DNA of 64,000 nt from Eubacteriales bacterium (GCA_045544855.1 JAZPZV010000020.1:21484-85483); one strand, 5' to 3'. Positions 34,934-43,631 are shown, counted from the stretch's first letter. The notes: a model not told the origin generated them from the sequence alone. Numbers and translations: made by a program.

Positions 34934-34968
34934 TTAAAAACGAGGCTGGGTCGAAAGACTCAGCCTCT
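34934..34968 (-). terminator. Rho-independent terminator of the cotF-like operon
   Basis: On the minus strand, GAGGCTGAGTC-tttc-GACCCAGCCTC followed by a T-run. Confidence 0.75.
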
Positions 34969-34978
34969 TGCGTTCTCT

Positions 34979-35224
34979 TTAATTGCTTGCGTATTTCTGC
35001 TTGGTTTGGTTGATCTTGGACTGCTCCACGTTTTGGGTGGGGTACCAGCCCTTTTCCTTCATTTTGTCGTAGATCTCCTTCTGCATCTGCAGAGTACGGG
35101 TGAGAGAAGAATCGAAAACGTTTCGCACCTTGGCGGTGGAGGATTCGATAGATCCGTGGAGGTAGAGGTCTCCTACCCCCTTGGTGGTGAGGAGAAGGCT
35201 CTCCATGAGGTTTTTGTCGTCCAT
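34979..35224 (-). CDS. CotF-like spore coat protein
   Basis: 81 aa. DLLLTTKG...YLHGSIESSTAKVRNVF pattern of Coat F domain proteins. Confidence 0.75.
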   Translation of the reverse strand: MDDKNLMESLLLTTKGVGDLYLHGSIESSTAKVRNVFDSSLTRTLQMQKEIYDKMKEKGWYPTQNVEQSKINQTKQKYASN

Positions 35225-35247
35225 GTGTGTTCCTTTCCGTTGAAATG

Positions 35248-35421
35248 TTACAGTACGTTGTAGAGGGTGTTAAACAACTCTCCGTGGCCTGCGGCAAGGC
35301 CGCTGACGAAGTTTTTCAGCTGGGGGTCGGTCAGCTTGGCGGCGCACTCGGTGCATTGGGTCATGAGAAATTGCTCGTGCCCCAGGGCGTCCTCCAGATA
35401 CAGCAGTTCTTTTTCGCTCAT
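35248..35421 (-). CDS. Small CotF-associated spore coat protein (57 aa, below ORF-track cutoff)
   Basis: My translation: MSEKELLYLEDALGHEQFLMTQCTECAAKLTDPQLKNFVSGLAAGHGELFNTLYNVL*. GGAGG about 8 nt upstream. Ends 24 nt before the next gene. Confidence 0.6.
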   Translation of the reverse strand: MSEKELLYLEDALGHEQFLMTQCTECAAKLTDPQLKNFVSGLAAGHGELFNTLYNVL

Positions 35422-35555
35422 GAAGTGTCCTCCTTTGAAAATATTTACAAAAACCTCTTTACATCCCCGCTTCCTTTGTGGTAAACTAAGGAAGTAAAGT
35501 GTTCTGTATCTATCTTTGCCTTGTTTTGGGAAAGATATACAGGAATGGGAAAGGA

Positions 35556-36200
35556 ATGTCTTTTATGAGCGGATTCGAGATCGGCAGAGTGGCGGTGGGC
35601 GATCTGAGCACCAACTGCTACGTGGTGAAAAACAAAGAGACGGGGGATGCCTGCGTCATCGACCCCGGCGACAATCTGACGCTGATCCAGGATCTGCTTC
35701 ACCGTATGGACGCAAAATGTCGGCTCATTCTGTTGACCCACGGTCACTTTGACCACATTTTGGCGGTGGGAGACCTGCGCAGTGACCGTGCTCCCGTTTG
35801 CATTCACAAATCGGACGCACATATGCTCACACAGCGGGATATGTTCTCCAACATGATCCCATACGATCCCCGCCCCTTTGAGGCGGCGGATTACGTGTTT
35901 GACAGGGAAGCAAGCTACACCGTTGGCGGCTTTACCTTCTACGTGATCCCCACCCCCGGCCACACCAAGGGAAGCGTTTGTTATTTGTTTGACGACAACC
36001 TGTTCACCGGGGACACCCTGTTCAAGGGAGGCATCGGCACGCTGAACTTCGGCGGGGATGCTTACGATATGGCAAACACCCTGCGGATGCTTTGCAAGCT
36101 TCCCGGGGATTACACCGTTTACCCCGGTCACGATGAGAAGACCACCCTTTCCGACGAGATCGCTCACAATCCCTTCCTGCAGGAGTACAGAAGAAAATGA
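35556..36200 (+). CDS. MBL-fold metallo-hydrolase (glyoxalase II-like)
   Basis: THGHFDH motif, later PTPGHTKGS and PGHD. Confidence 0.85.
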   Translation: MSFMSGFEIGRVAVGDLSTNCYVVKNKETGDACVIDPGDNLTLIQDLLHRMDAKCRLILLTHGHFDHILAVGDLRSDRAPVCIHKSDAHMLTQRDMFSNMIPYDPRPFEAADYVFDREASYTVGGFTFYVIPTPGHTKGSVCYLFDDNLFTGDTLFKGGIGTLNFGGDAYDMANTLRMLCKLPGDYTVYPGHDEKTTLSDEIAHNPFLQEYRRK

Positions 36201-36697
36201 AACGATTCCTTGTTTCGGCAGTTCTTGCCGTTTTTGCCCTGCTCTTTCTTTGCGGCTGTGCCCCCGGCCCCATCAACGAGGGGGAGACCTATCTGGAGGG
36301 GGCTTGGTATTTTTCCGATGAGACCATCGGGCTGAACGTAGGCTACAACTTCTTCCCCGACGGGGGCGGGTATCAGTTCATCGGCAGTACGGTGAACCCC
36401 ATCCGCTACGGCGTTTACGAGGGGAATATCTACATCGCCGTAGGTGGCGGCAGGGCGGACGCATTCTCCTTTGAACAAAAGGGAGACAGCATCGTTATCG
36501 GCGGCTTGGAATACCTTTACGCCGAAGAGGATGAGGACACCGCTCAGTCCATTGCGGACATCATCTCCAAGGAAAGCCCTGCAGATCCTCAAGCCCCCAC
36601 GGGCGGGGTCACCTTTTACATCCTGGCCTGCGTGGCCTTTGGGCTGGTGATCTTCCTGCTGGTGTGGGTGGTGCGTACCTTCCGCAAGAAGGCGTAA
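36197..36697 (+). CDS. Lipoprotein with C-terminal TM/KK tail
   Basis: Lipobox LFLCGC. Tail GGVTFYILACVAFGLVIFLLVWVVRTFRKKA. Confidence 0.65.
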   Translation: MKRFLVSAVLAVFALLFLCGCAPGPINEGETYLEGAWYFSDETIGLNVGYNFFPDGGGYQFIGSTVNPIRYGVYEGNIYIAVGGGRADAFSFEQKGDSIVIGGLEYLYAEEDEDTAQSIADIISKESPADPQAPTGGVTFYILACVAFGLVIFLLVWVVRTFRKKA

Positions 36698-36720
36698 GTT
36701 TGATAGCTGATGAAAGGGTG

Positions 36721-38124
36721 ATGCCTTTGAAAAAACTGATCTGTATGACAGCTTGCTGTGCTCTCTTGTTTGCAGGCTGTAACGCCCACGAACACAAATA
36801 TACCGATACCGTAGTCCCTCCCACCTGCACGGAAATGGGCTACACCGTCCATAGCTGCGGGTGCGGCGAGACGTATTTTTCCGACTACCGCACCACCGCC
36901 ACCCATTCCTTTGGGGACTGGATCGCAGGGGTCACAGCTACCTTGACGGAAGGCGGCGAGGAGTACCGCCTCTGCAAGACCTGCGGATATTTGCAGACCC
37001 GTAACACGCAAAACGCCTCCGTGTTGCCCAAGGTCTATCTTTCCTCCGAGGGCAGTGTTTTCTATTCCCACGGAGAACTGCATTTCACCTGCGACAGCAA
37101 CTCCCTGGTGGGGGAAGGCAAGCCGGAGATCCAGCTGTTGTTCACCAAAAACGGCAGTTTATTCCCCGTGGATCTGGGATGGGGCGAGCAGAGCGCTTAC
37201 CGCCTGGATCCCTGCACCCCCGATCTGACTTACGCCCGCGCCTCTGCGGCGGAAGCACTTTGGGATGCTTGCACAAAGCTTCGGGAGAATGCTTCCGAGG
37301 CTCCCGTGTCCCGCCTGTATCCCGTAGGCGGCGGATATCTCGTTCAGGTCTATCACGATGACGACTATTTGGGGATCTACCGTTTGACGCCTCCCATGGG
37401 CGGATGGGCTTACGCCGCGTCTCAGGTCGGCCCTACGGCCGTCTTCCGCGGAAGCAAGCACAGTGCGGAATGTCTGTTCCTCACCTCCCCCGTGTACGAC
37501 GAAGAAGGCTTTGCCCTGCAGTATTGCTCCACCGAAAACGGAGAGTGGGCAAAAGAAAGCTTTGAAGCCTTTATAAACTTTGTACGAAAATCCTCCGACG
37601 GGGACTTTAAGGAAAAGCTCTCCGAGTATACCGATCTTACGGCACTGATGGATCACTTCTTGCTCACCGTTCTTTTCGGTTCCGGCAACGGCGACACGGA
37701 AGGGACCCTCTGGTCCACGGCGGACGGGGTGCATTGGCTACCTTCCTTCTCTCCCCTCCACACGGCCTACGGCTTGACAGAGGATGGCAAGCAGACCTCT
37801 GCCGCCTTGGGGATCCCCATTCCCGTTGAGAGCGCCTCCATAGCTTACGAAGGGGACAACCTTCTGTGGCAACGGCTTTGCAACGTATTCGGTGAAGAAT
37901 TGAGAGTTCGTTACACCCGGCTCCGCGCCTCGGCGCTTCATTCCCCCACGGCTCTGTACAGAAGCGTTCTGCATCAGCAAGCGGCGGCAGAAGCAGAGCT
38001 TTTGGAGATGGAAAAGAATCTGCTCCCCTCTCTTTCTCAGAACGCAGTAAAGGTGGAGACACTGAAAGACTATATTCAAGACCGCCTTGCCGCCATGGAT
38101 GCATGGTTAGGCGCTTTTGAATAA
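36721..38124 (+). CDS. CotH-like protein with Cys-rich N-terminal module (lipoprotein)
   Basis: Lipobox LFAGC. HxYxxxVxPPTCTEMGYTVHSCGCGE module. The C-terminal LWQRLCNVFGEELRVRYTRLR...LKDYIQDRL resembles the CotH C-terminus. Confidence 0.5.
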   Translation: MPLKKLICMTACCALLFAGCNAHEHKYTDTVVPPTCTEMGYTVHSCGCGETYFSDYRTTATHSFGDWIAGVTATLTEGGEEYRLCKTCGYLQTRNTQNASVLPKVYLSSEGSVFYSHGELHFTCDSNSLVGEGKPEIQLLFTKNGSLFPVDLGWGEQSAYRLDPCTPDLTYARASAAEALWDACTKLRENASEAPVSRLYPVGGGYLVQVYHDDDYLGIYRLTPPMGGWAYAASQVGPTAVFRGSKHSAECLFLTSPVYDEEGFALQYCSTENGEWAKESFEAFINFVRKSSDGDFKEKLSEYTDLTALMDHFLLTVLFGSGNGDTEGTLWSTADGVHWLPSFSPLHTAYGLTEDGKQTSAALGIPIPVESASIAYEGDNLLWQRLCNVFGEELRVRYTRLRASALHSPTALYRSVLHQQAAAEAELLEMEKNLLPSLSQNAVKVETLKDYIQDRLAAMDAWLGAFE

Positions 38125-38156
38125 GAGAAAAATGATAGAAAAATCACGAAAAGCTA

Positions 38157-38185
38157 TTGACAAATCGTGATCGCCGTGCTATAAT
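38157..38185 (+). promoter_or_regulatory. Sigma-A-type promoter of the T-box leader
   Basis: TTGACA (38157-38162), 17-nt spacer, TATAAT (38180-38185). Confidence 0.7.
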
Positions 38186-38191
38186 CCCTAC

Positions 38192-38452
38192 AACTTCATA
38201 AAAGCTGTGACGAGGACAAGGGTGTTCGTTTATCCGGTTTTCAGAGACCTGCCGTTTGGTGCGAGGCAGGAGCCGCTACGTTCGCTTATCACCTCCGAGC
38301 CGCAATGCCGAGCCTTGAACGGCAGGGTCAGGTGTTGACGGAGTTTCCGCCGTAGAAAGGGAAAAGCGTTGGTTGACGTGTCAAATGAGTGGTTGTAAAG
38401 TACTTTTGGGTTCAAAGACTTTATCTCGTTGCAGATAAAGTCTTTCTTTTTT
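38192..38452 (+). promoter_or_regulatory. T-box riboswitch-like leader
   Basis: GCUGUGACGAGGA K-turn-like base. AGAGA bulge (38243-38247). Distal stem CCUGCC/GGCAGG with a GUUUGGUGCGA loop. Stem III TTGAC-GT-GTCAA. AUGAG-UGGUUG bulge. Antiterminator UAAAGU/ACUUUA competes with terminator 38414-38452. Confidence 0.65.
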
Positions 38453-38513
38453 CCTCTCAAAGACAACGGCAAGCACAGGAAAAAATTTTTCGGAACAGAA
38501 AGGAACAAAAGAA

Positions 38514-40817
38514 ATGGAACAGCAGACCAAACTCATCGCCCAACGATTGAAATGGGCGCGTATCAACGCCGACGTCTCCCCCGAGACCCTTGCCTCCGCC
38601 TGCGGTGTCACCGTAGAGGAATATCTGGAGCTGGAAAAAGGGGAAAAGGATTTTTACTTTAACTTTTTGTATAACTGCGCATTGACCTTGCAGATGGACC
38701 TTTCCGAGCTGGTCTCCGGTACGGACCCCAAGCTTGGCTTCTTTACCCTCACCCGCGCAGGGGGCGGTATGCCCATCCGTAAGGGAGACGGCTTCCATTA
38801 CCGTCACGTAGCGCCCTTTTTGAAGAACCGTCTTTCCGAGCCCTTCGTGGTCACCGCGGTGTACGACGCCGTCAAGGAGACCTCTCCCATCGAGCTTGCC
38901 ACCCACCCCGGGCAGGAGTTCGACATGGTTTTGGAGGGGCAGTTAAAGATCCAGCTGGACGATCACGTGTTCATCCTCAACGAGGGAGACAGCATCTTCT
39001 ACGAATCCGAGCACGCTCACGGTATGGTGGCCATGGGCGGGAGGGACTGTAAGTTCCTTGCCATCGTTCACAAGGAGGGCGAGACTCCCGAGAACCAGCC
39101 CGTTTTGCAGGAGACTCCCTTCGTGGCAAAAGAGGTGGATTCCTTTGCGGATCCCGTGGCCTATAACAAGAGATACGAAAACTGCATCTATAAGAAGTTC
39201 GTAGAGGAAGACATCGACGAAAACGGCAGGCTGAAGAGCATCCGCTTCACCCCGCCCGAAAACTTCAACTTTGCCTACGACGTGATGGACGCTTTGGCGG
39301 AGAAGAATCCCTCCAAGCGTGCCATGGTCTGGGTGGACGACGACCTTACCCAAAGAGACTTTACCTTTAAGGAACTGCAGGACGAGGTCAACCGTACCGC
39401 CAACTACTTCGCTTCCCTTGGTGTCAAGAAAGGCGACCGCGTGATGCTGGTGCTGAAGCGGCACTATCAGTTCTGGTTTGCCATCCTGGCGCTTCACAAG
39501 CTGGGTGCCGTTGCCATCCCCGCCACCAATCAGCTGGTGGAAAAGGACTTTGTTTACCGCTTTGATGCGGCAGGGGTCTCCGCCATCTGCTGTACTGCCG
39601 ACGGCAAGGTAGCCGAAGAGGCGGAAAAAGCCGCCGCCAAGTGCGAGACGGTGAAGACCCTGGTGCTGGTCAACGGCAGCCGCGAGGGCTGGCACGATTA
39701 CGACACCGAGGTACGCCGCTTCTCCAAGCGGTTCGACAGAGTGGATACCAAGCTGGAAGAGCCCATGATCCAGCTGTTTACCTCCGGTACTACGGGCTAT
39801 CCCCGTATCGCCACCCACGATCACGGCTACGCGCTCGGTCACCTCATCACCGCCCGCTGGTGGCATTGCGTGGATCCCGAGGGACTGCATTTCACCGCCT
39901 CCGACACCGGATGGGGCAAGGCGCTGTGGGGCAAGCTTTACGGCTGTTGGTTCTGCGAATGCGCCGTGTTCGTTTACAACTACGAGCGGTTTGATCCCGA
40001 GAAGATGCTCCCCCTGTTTGCAAAATGCGGGGTGACCACCTTCTGCGCACCGCCCACTATCTACCGCTTCCTGATCAAGTGCGATCTTTCCAAGTACGAT
40101 CTTTCCACCATCCGTTACGCCTGCACGGCGGGTGAAGCTCTGAACCCCGAGGTATGGAACAAGTTCCACGAGGCAACGGGCTTGAAGATCATGGAGGCGT
40201 TTGGGCAGACGGAGACCACCCTCACCATCGGCAACCTTTACGGCGAAACACCCCGTCCCGGTTCCATGGGTGTTCCCTCCCCCGCTTACGACGTGGACAT
40301 CGTTCACGAGGACGGCACTCCCTGCGCCGTGGGTGAAGTGGGCGAGATCTGTATCCATTACGAGGAGGGCAACAAGCCCTACGGTCTGTTCATGGGGTAT
40401 TACAGAGATCCCGACAAAACTGTGGCGGCTATGCACGACGGGCTGTATCACACCGGCGACACCGCTTGGAAGGATGAAGATGGCTTCTACTGGTACGTGG
40501 GCAGAACCGACGACCTGATCAAATCCTCCGGCTACCGCATCGGGCCCTTTGAGATCGAAAGCGTTCTCATGGAGCTTCCCTACGTACTGGAATGTGCGGT
40601 AACCGGTGTTCCCGATCCCGTCCGCGGACAGGTGGTGAAGGCCACCATCGTCCTCACCGGCGGCACGGAGGAAAGTGACGGCTTGGTGAAGGAGATCCAG
40701 AATTACGTGAAGACCCATACCGCTCCTTACAAATATCCCAGAGTGGTGGAATTTGTAAAGGAACTTCCCAAGACCATCTCCGGCAAGATCCGCCGCGTGG
40801 AGCTGAAAGGGAAATAA
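38514..40817 (+). CDS. Fusion protein: XRE HTH + cupin + AMP-forming acyl-CoA synthetase
   Basis: N-terminal HTH (LIAQRLKWARINADVSPETLA). Cupin (DMVLEGQLKI..GDSIFYESEHAHG). AMP-binding motifs LFTSGTTGYPR, YHTGD, GRTDDLIKSSGYRIGPFEIES and a terminal PKTISGKIRR. Confidence 0.85.
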   Translation: MEQQTKLIAQRLKWARINADVSPETLASACGVTVEEYLELEKGEKDFYFNFLYNCALTLQMDLSELVSGTDPKLGFFTLTRAGGGMPIRKGDGFHYRHVAPFLKNRLSEPFVVTAVYDAVKETSPIELATHPGQEFDMVLEGQLKIQLDDHVFILNEGDSIFYESEHAHGMVAMGGRDCKFLAIVHKEGETPENQPVLQETPFVAKEVDSFADPVAYNKRYENCIYKKFVEEDIDENGRLKSIRFTPPENFNFAYDVMDALAEKNPSKRAMVWVDDDLTQRDFTFKELQDEVNRTANYFASLGVKKGDRVMLVLKRHYQFWFAILALHKLGAVAIPATNQLVEKDFVYRFDAAGVSAICCTADGKVAEEAEKAAAKCETVKTLVLVNGSREGWHDYDTEVRRFSKRFDRVDTKLEEPMIQLFTSGTTGYPRIATHDHGYALGHLITARWWHCVDPEGLHFTASDTGWGKALWGKLYGCWFCECAVFVYNYERFDPEKMLPLFAKCGVTTFCAPPTIYRFLIKCDLSKYDLSTIRYACTAGEALNPEVWNKFHEATGLKIMEAFGQTETTLTIGNLYGETPRPGSMGVPSPAYDVDIVHEDGTPCAVGEVGEICIHYEEGNKPYGLFMGYYRDPDKTVAAMHDGLYHTGDTAWKDEDGFYWYVGRTDDLIKSSGYRIGPFEIESVLMELPYVLECAVTGVPDPVRGQVVKATIVLTGGTEESDGLVKEIQNYVKTHTAPYKYPRVVEFVKELPKTISGKIRRVELKGK

Positions 40818-40934
40818 GCAGGGTTTTCCGTCAAATCCGACAATTTTTTGACATCTGTTTCTACAAAATAACGGTTGACATCCTGCGGGAAATGTGGTAA
40901 CATATAGGAAACGATCATAAGGAGTTATTTTGCC

Positions 40935-41414
40935 ATGAAGAATAATAACGTCGCTGCCGAGGCAGTTGCGGAAGAGACCAAGGTGATCCTTCCCGAAGAG
41001 AATAAGCCCAAAAAGGTCAAGGCACCCAAGGATAAAAAAGAACTCCACAGCATTTTCTTTGCCGCTGCATGGATCATCGCCGTCGTTGCATTGCTGTTCG
41101 CTCTGCTGGGGCAGAACGCTATGAACACCAAGGACGGTTACGCTTCCCTCAGCTACCACTGGTTTGAAGAGGTCACCAACAGAAAGACCGGCGAGGTTAC
41201 CACCGAGTGGACCGAGCAGGAGTTTGTGATCCCCGTGCTGACCACCGCGTTCTACGCTTTGGTTTCTCTGGGATTGGGTCTCGTCAGCACCGGCTTGGGC
41301 GTTACCAGCAACATCCTCAAGAAGGATAAGAAGGTTCTTACCTATCTTCCCGGCGTTGTTGTTTCCGTGTTGGCAATGATGTGCTTCCTTTCCACGGTAT
41401 TCACCAACGTATAA
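40935..41414 (+). CDS. Membrane protein, unknown function
   Basis: Lys/Glu-rich N-terminus followed by four hydrophobic helices. GGAG RBS. Confidence 0.6.
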   Translation: MKNNNVAAEAVAEETKVILPEENKPKKVKAPKDKKELHSIFFAAAWIIAVVALLFALLGQNAMNTKDGYASLSYHWFEEVTNRKTGEVTTEWTEQEFVIPVLTTAFYALVSLGLGLVSTGLGVTSNILKKDKKVLTYLPGVVVSVLAMMCFLSTVFTNV

Positions 41415-41427
41415 CAGTTTCCATAAA

Positions 41428-41466
41428 CAAAAAAGCGACCTGCTTTTGGCAGGTCGCTTTTGTTTT
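41428..41466. terminator. Bidirectional terminator between convergent genes
   Basis: AAAAGCGACCTGC-tttt-GGCAGGTCGCTTTT flanked by A-run and T-run. Confidence 0.8.
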
Positions 41467-41469
41467 GCT

Positions 41470-42174
41470 TCAGATCTCTTCTATGTGGTTCACGTACTCC
41501 AGAGAGCCGAGAGCATTGATGATCTCGGTGTGAGTTTTATACTTCCGCAGCTCCTTCCCCGTGATGGTCACCGCCAGGGAGTACACCGCCAAGCCGGAAT
41601 TCAGGTAGGCGGTGTTGGCTTCGATCTCGTCGATGGTCAGCCCCAATTCACGAATGGTGGCCACGAAGTTCTGCAGATAAGCGATGTTTTTCAGCTCCAA
41701 ATGCACCTCGAAGTGGTTGGAACGGTTTTTCAGGTATCCTTCCACGTGGGGGAACAGGGAGAGACTGCAAAGAAGCGCCAGGAACGCCACCAGGGTGATG
41801 GTGTAAAGCCCTGCACCGATGGCAAGGCCTAAGATCCCGCACGCCCAAAGCCCCACGGAGGTGGTGAGCCCCTTGATCTGGTTACGGGAGGTAAACAACA
41901 CGGAGTTCACGGTGATGATGGCGATGCCGATGACGGAGGCGGCAGACAGCAAAAACAGCTCCTTCCCCAGATACAGGTCCATCAAAATGGCAATGGTGCT
42001 GGCCAGGGAAACCAGCATAAAGGTGCGAAGTCCTGCGGCGTGGCGCTTGCTGGAGCGCTCACAGCCGATGAGCATCCCCATGACCACGGAAGCGGCCACA
42101 CGGATCAAAACGGAATAGATGTTGATCTCCGTGGCCCAAGTCCCCAAGAGATCTGCAATAGGATCTACGATCAT
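41470..42174 (-). CDS. mgtC: MgtC/SapB-family protein
   Basis: VLIRVAASVVMGMLIGCERSSKRHAAGLRTFMLVSLAS and a C-terminal ACT-like domain. Confidence 0.85.
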   Translation of the reverse strand: MIVDPIADLLGTWATEINIYSVLIRVAASVVMGMLIGCERSSKRHAAGLRTFMLVSLASTIAILMDLYLGKELFLLSAASVIGIAIITVNSVLFTSRNQIKGLTTSVGLWACGILGLAIGAGLYTITLVAFLALLCSLSLFPHVEGYLKNRSNHFEVHLELKNIAYLQNFVATIRELGLTIDEIEANTAYLNSGLAVYSLAVTITGKELRKYKTHTEIINALGSLEYVNHIEEI

Positions 42175-42191
42175 TGGTAATTCCTCCTTTG

Positions 42192-43631
42192 TTAGCGGCG
42201 TCTGCCGAAGTTTCTGCGACGGATACGGTAAGCCTCCCAGTGCTCCTCGGCGGCTTCGGTGAAGGCCTGCTCCTCCTCGTGGGGAGGGGGCAGGGTCTCC
42301 TGGATCTTGCGGATACGGCGGATGAGAAGCTCTGCGTCGGAAAGCTGTTCCCCGTGGCTTACTTCCTCTGCGGGGATCAGATCCTCCAGCTTTTCGGAAT
42401 AGGCGCCGGAAAGATACAGAGCAAGCTTTGCCAGAGCAGGACCAACCAACTCGTACAGGATGCCCGCCGCAAGGATCACGGTGTGCAAAGCACTCCCCAC
42501 TTCCCCGCCGATGGTACGGGCACCGATGGCGGCAAGACCGATGGCCACCCCCGCCTGGGGGATCAGGGCAAGGCCTAAGTAGTTGCGGGTCTTTTTTGAG
42601 GTGCGTACCAACTGACAGCCCAAAAAAGCGCCCAGATACTTCCCTGCGATGCGCACGAGAAAATACAGAATACCCACTACCAGCAAAGAAATGCTTCCCA
42701 CAGCCCCCACGGGGGAAAGCAAAGCTCCCAGGTCAAAGCGGAGACCGCTTCCCACGAAGAAGATCAGCAGGATGGGCGGGCTGAAATAGCCAAGCTGCTT
42801 GAACAGCTTACTGTCGTCGGTGGTGTTGACGTACACCGTTCCCATAGACATACAGCCAAGAAGCGGCGAGATGTTCAGTACGGCGCACACTCCGCAGAAG
42901 GCCGCCAGCAGGGACACGGAGATGATCAGGCGGTTATCCGTGGAGCGTTTGGTGGGCATGAGCCATTTCATTAAAAGGCCGAACAAGCCGCCCAACAATA
43001 AAGCTCCCAAATTGGCGATCAAGGGGAACAGCACGTCCCAAAGGGCCACGTCCCCGCCGGGGGACAGCAAGGACAGTGCCAAGGACACCGCCACACTGTA
43101 GGCCACCAGACCGATGATGTCATCCAGGGCCATGGATTGGAGCAGGGTGTTGACAAACTCCCCCTTTGCCCCGGTCTGACGGATGGTCACGGCGGTGGAG
43201 GTGGGGGCGGTCACCGCCGCCAAGGCGGCAAGAACGATGGAAAAAGCCAGATTCAGCCCCAACACGAAGTACAAAAGAACAAAAACCAGGCCGGATGCCA
43301 AGGTGGACTCCAGCAAGGCGATGACCAGCACCCTTCCCCCGTTTTTCCGTAAAACGGAAAGGCGGAAGAATTCACCGATGGAAAAGGCCACGAAGGACAA
43401 GGCCACGTCGGACAAAAAGTCCATCCCCTCCGCCACGGGAGCGGGAATCAGGCTCAGGCAGTAAGGACCCAGAAGGATCCCCGTGAGAATGTAAGCGGTG
43501 ACGTTGGGCAGGCGGCAAAGCTTGGTGAGCCTGGTCATAGCAAAGCCGCAAAACAGGATCGCAGCGATGGAGAACACCACTCCCCCGGAGGGAGAAGCGG
43601 TATACAGCCCTTCCGCAAAGGTTTTAAACAA
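42192..43631 (-). CDS. Cation:proton antiporter (CPA2/Kef-type)
   Basis: LPNVTAYILTGILLGP motif and about 12 helices. Probable TTG start at 43631, 9 nt after GGGGAG; the track start at 43694 adds 21 unlikely codons. Confidence 0.8.
   Translation of the reverse strand: MFKTFAEGLYTASPSGGVVFSIAAILFCGFAMTRLTKLCRLPNVTAYILTGILLGPYCLSLIPAPVAEGMDFLSDVALSFVAFSIGEFFRLSVLRKNGGRVLVIALLESTLASGLVFVLLYFVLGLNLAFSIVLAALAAVTAPTSTAVTIRQTGAKGEFVNTLLQSMALDDIIGLVAYSVAVSLALSLLSPGGDVALWDVLFPLIANLGALLLGGLFGLLMKWLMPTKRSTDNRLIISVSLLAAFCGVCAVLNISPLLGCMSMGTVYVNTTDDSKLFKQLGYFSPPILLIFFVGSGLRFDLGALLSPVGAVGSISLLVVGILYFLVRIAGKYLGAFLGCQLVRTSKKTRNYLGLALIPQAGVAIGLAAIGARTIGGEVGSALHTVILAAGILYELVGPALAKLALYLSGAYSEKLEDLIPAEEVSHGEQLSDAELLIRRIRKIQETLPPPHEEEQAFTEAAEEHWEAYRIRRRNFGRRR

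Noticed and set aside
38943-41159. 738-aa ORF antisense to the acyl-CoA ligase
   Set aside because: The plus strand carries all AMP-binding motifs in order. The antisense translation is Gly/His/Val-rich with no recognisable domain.
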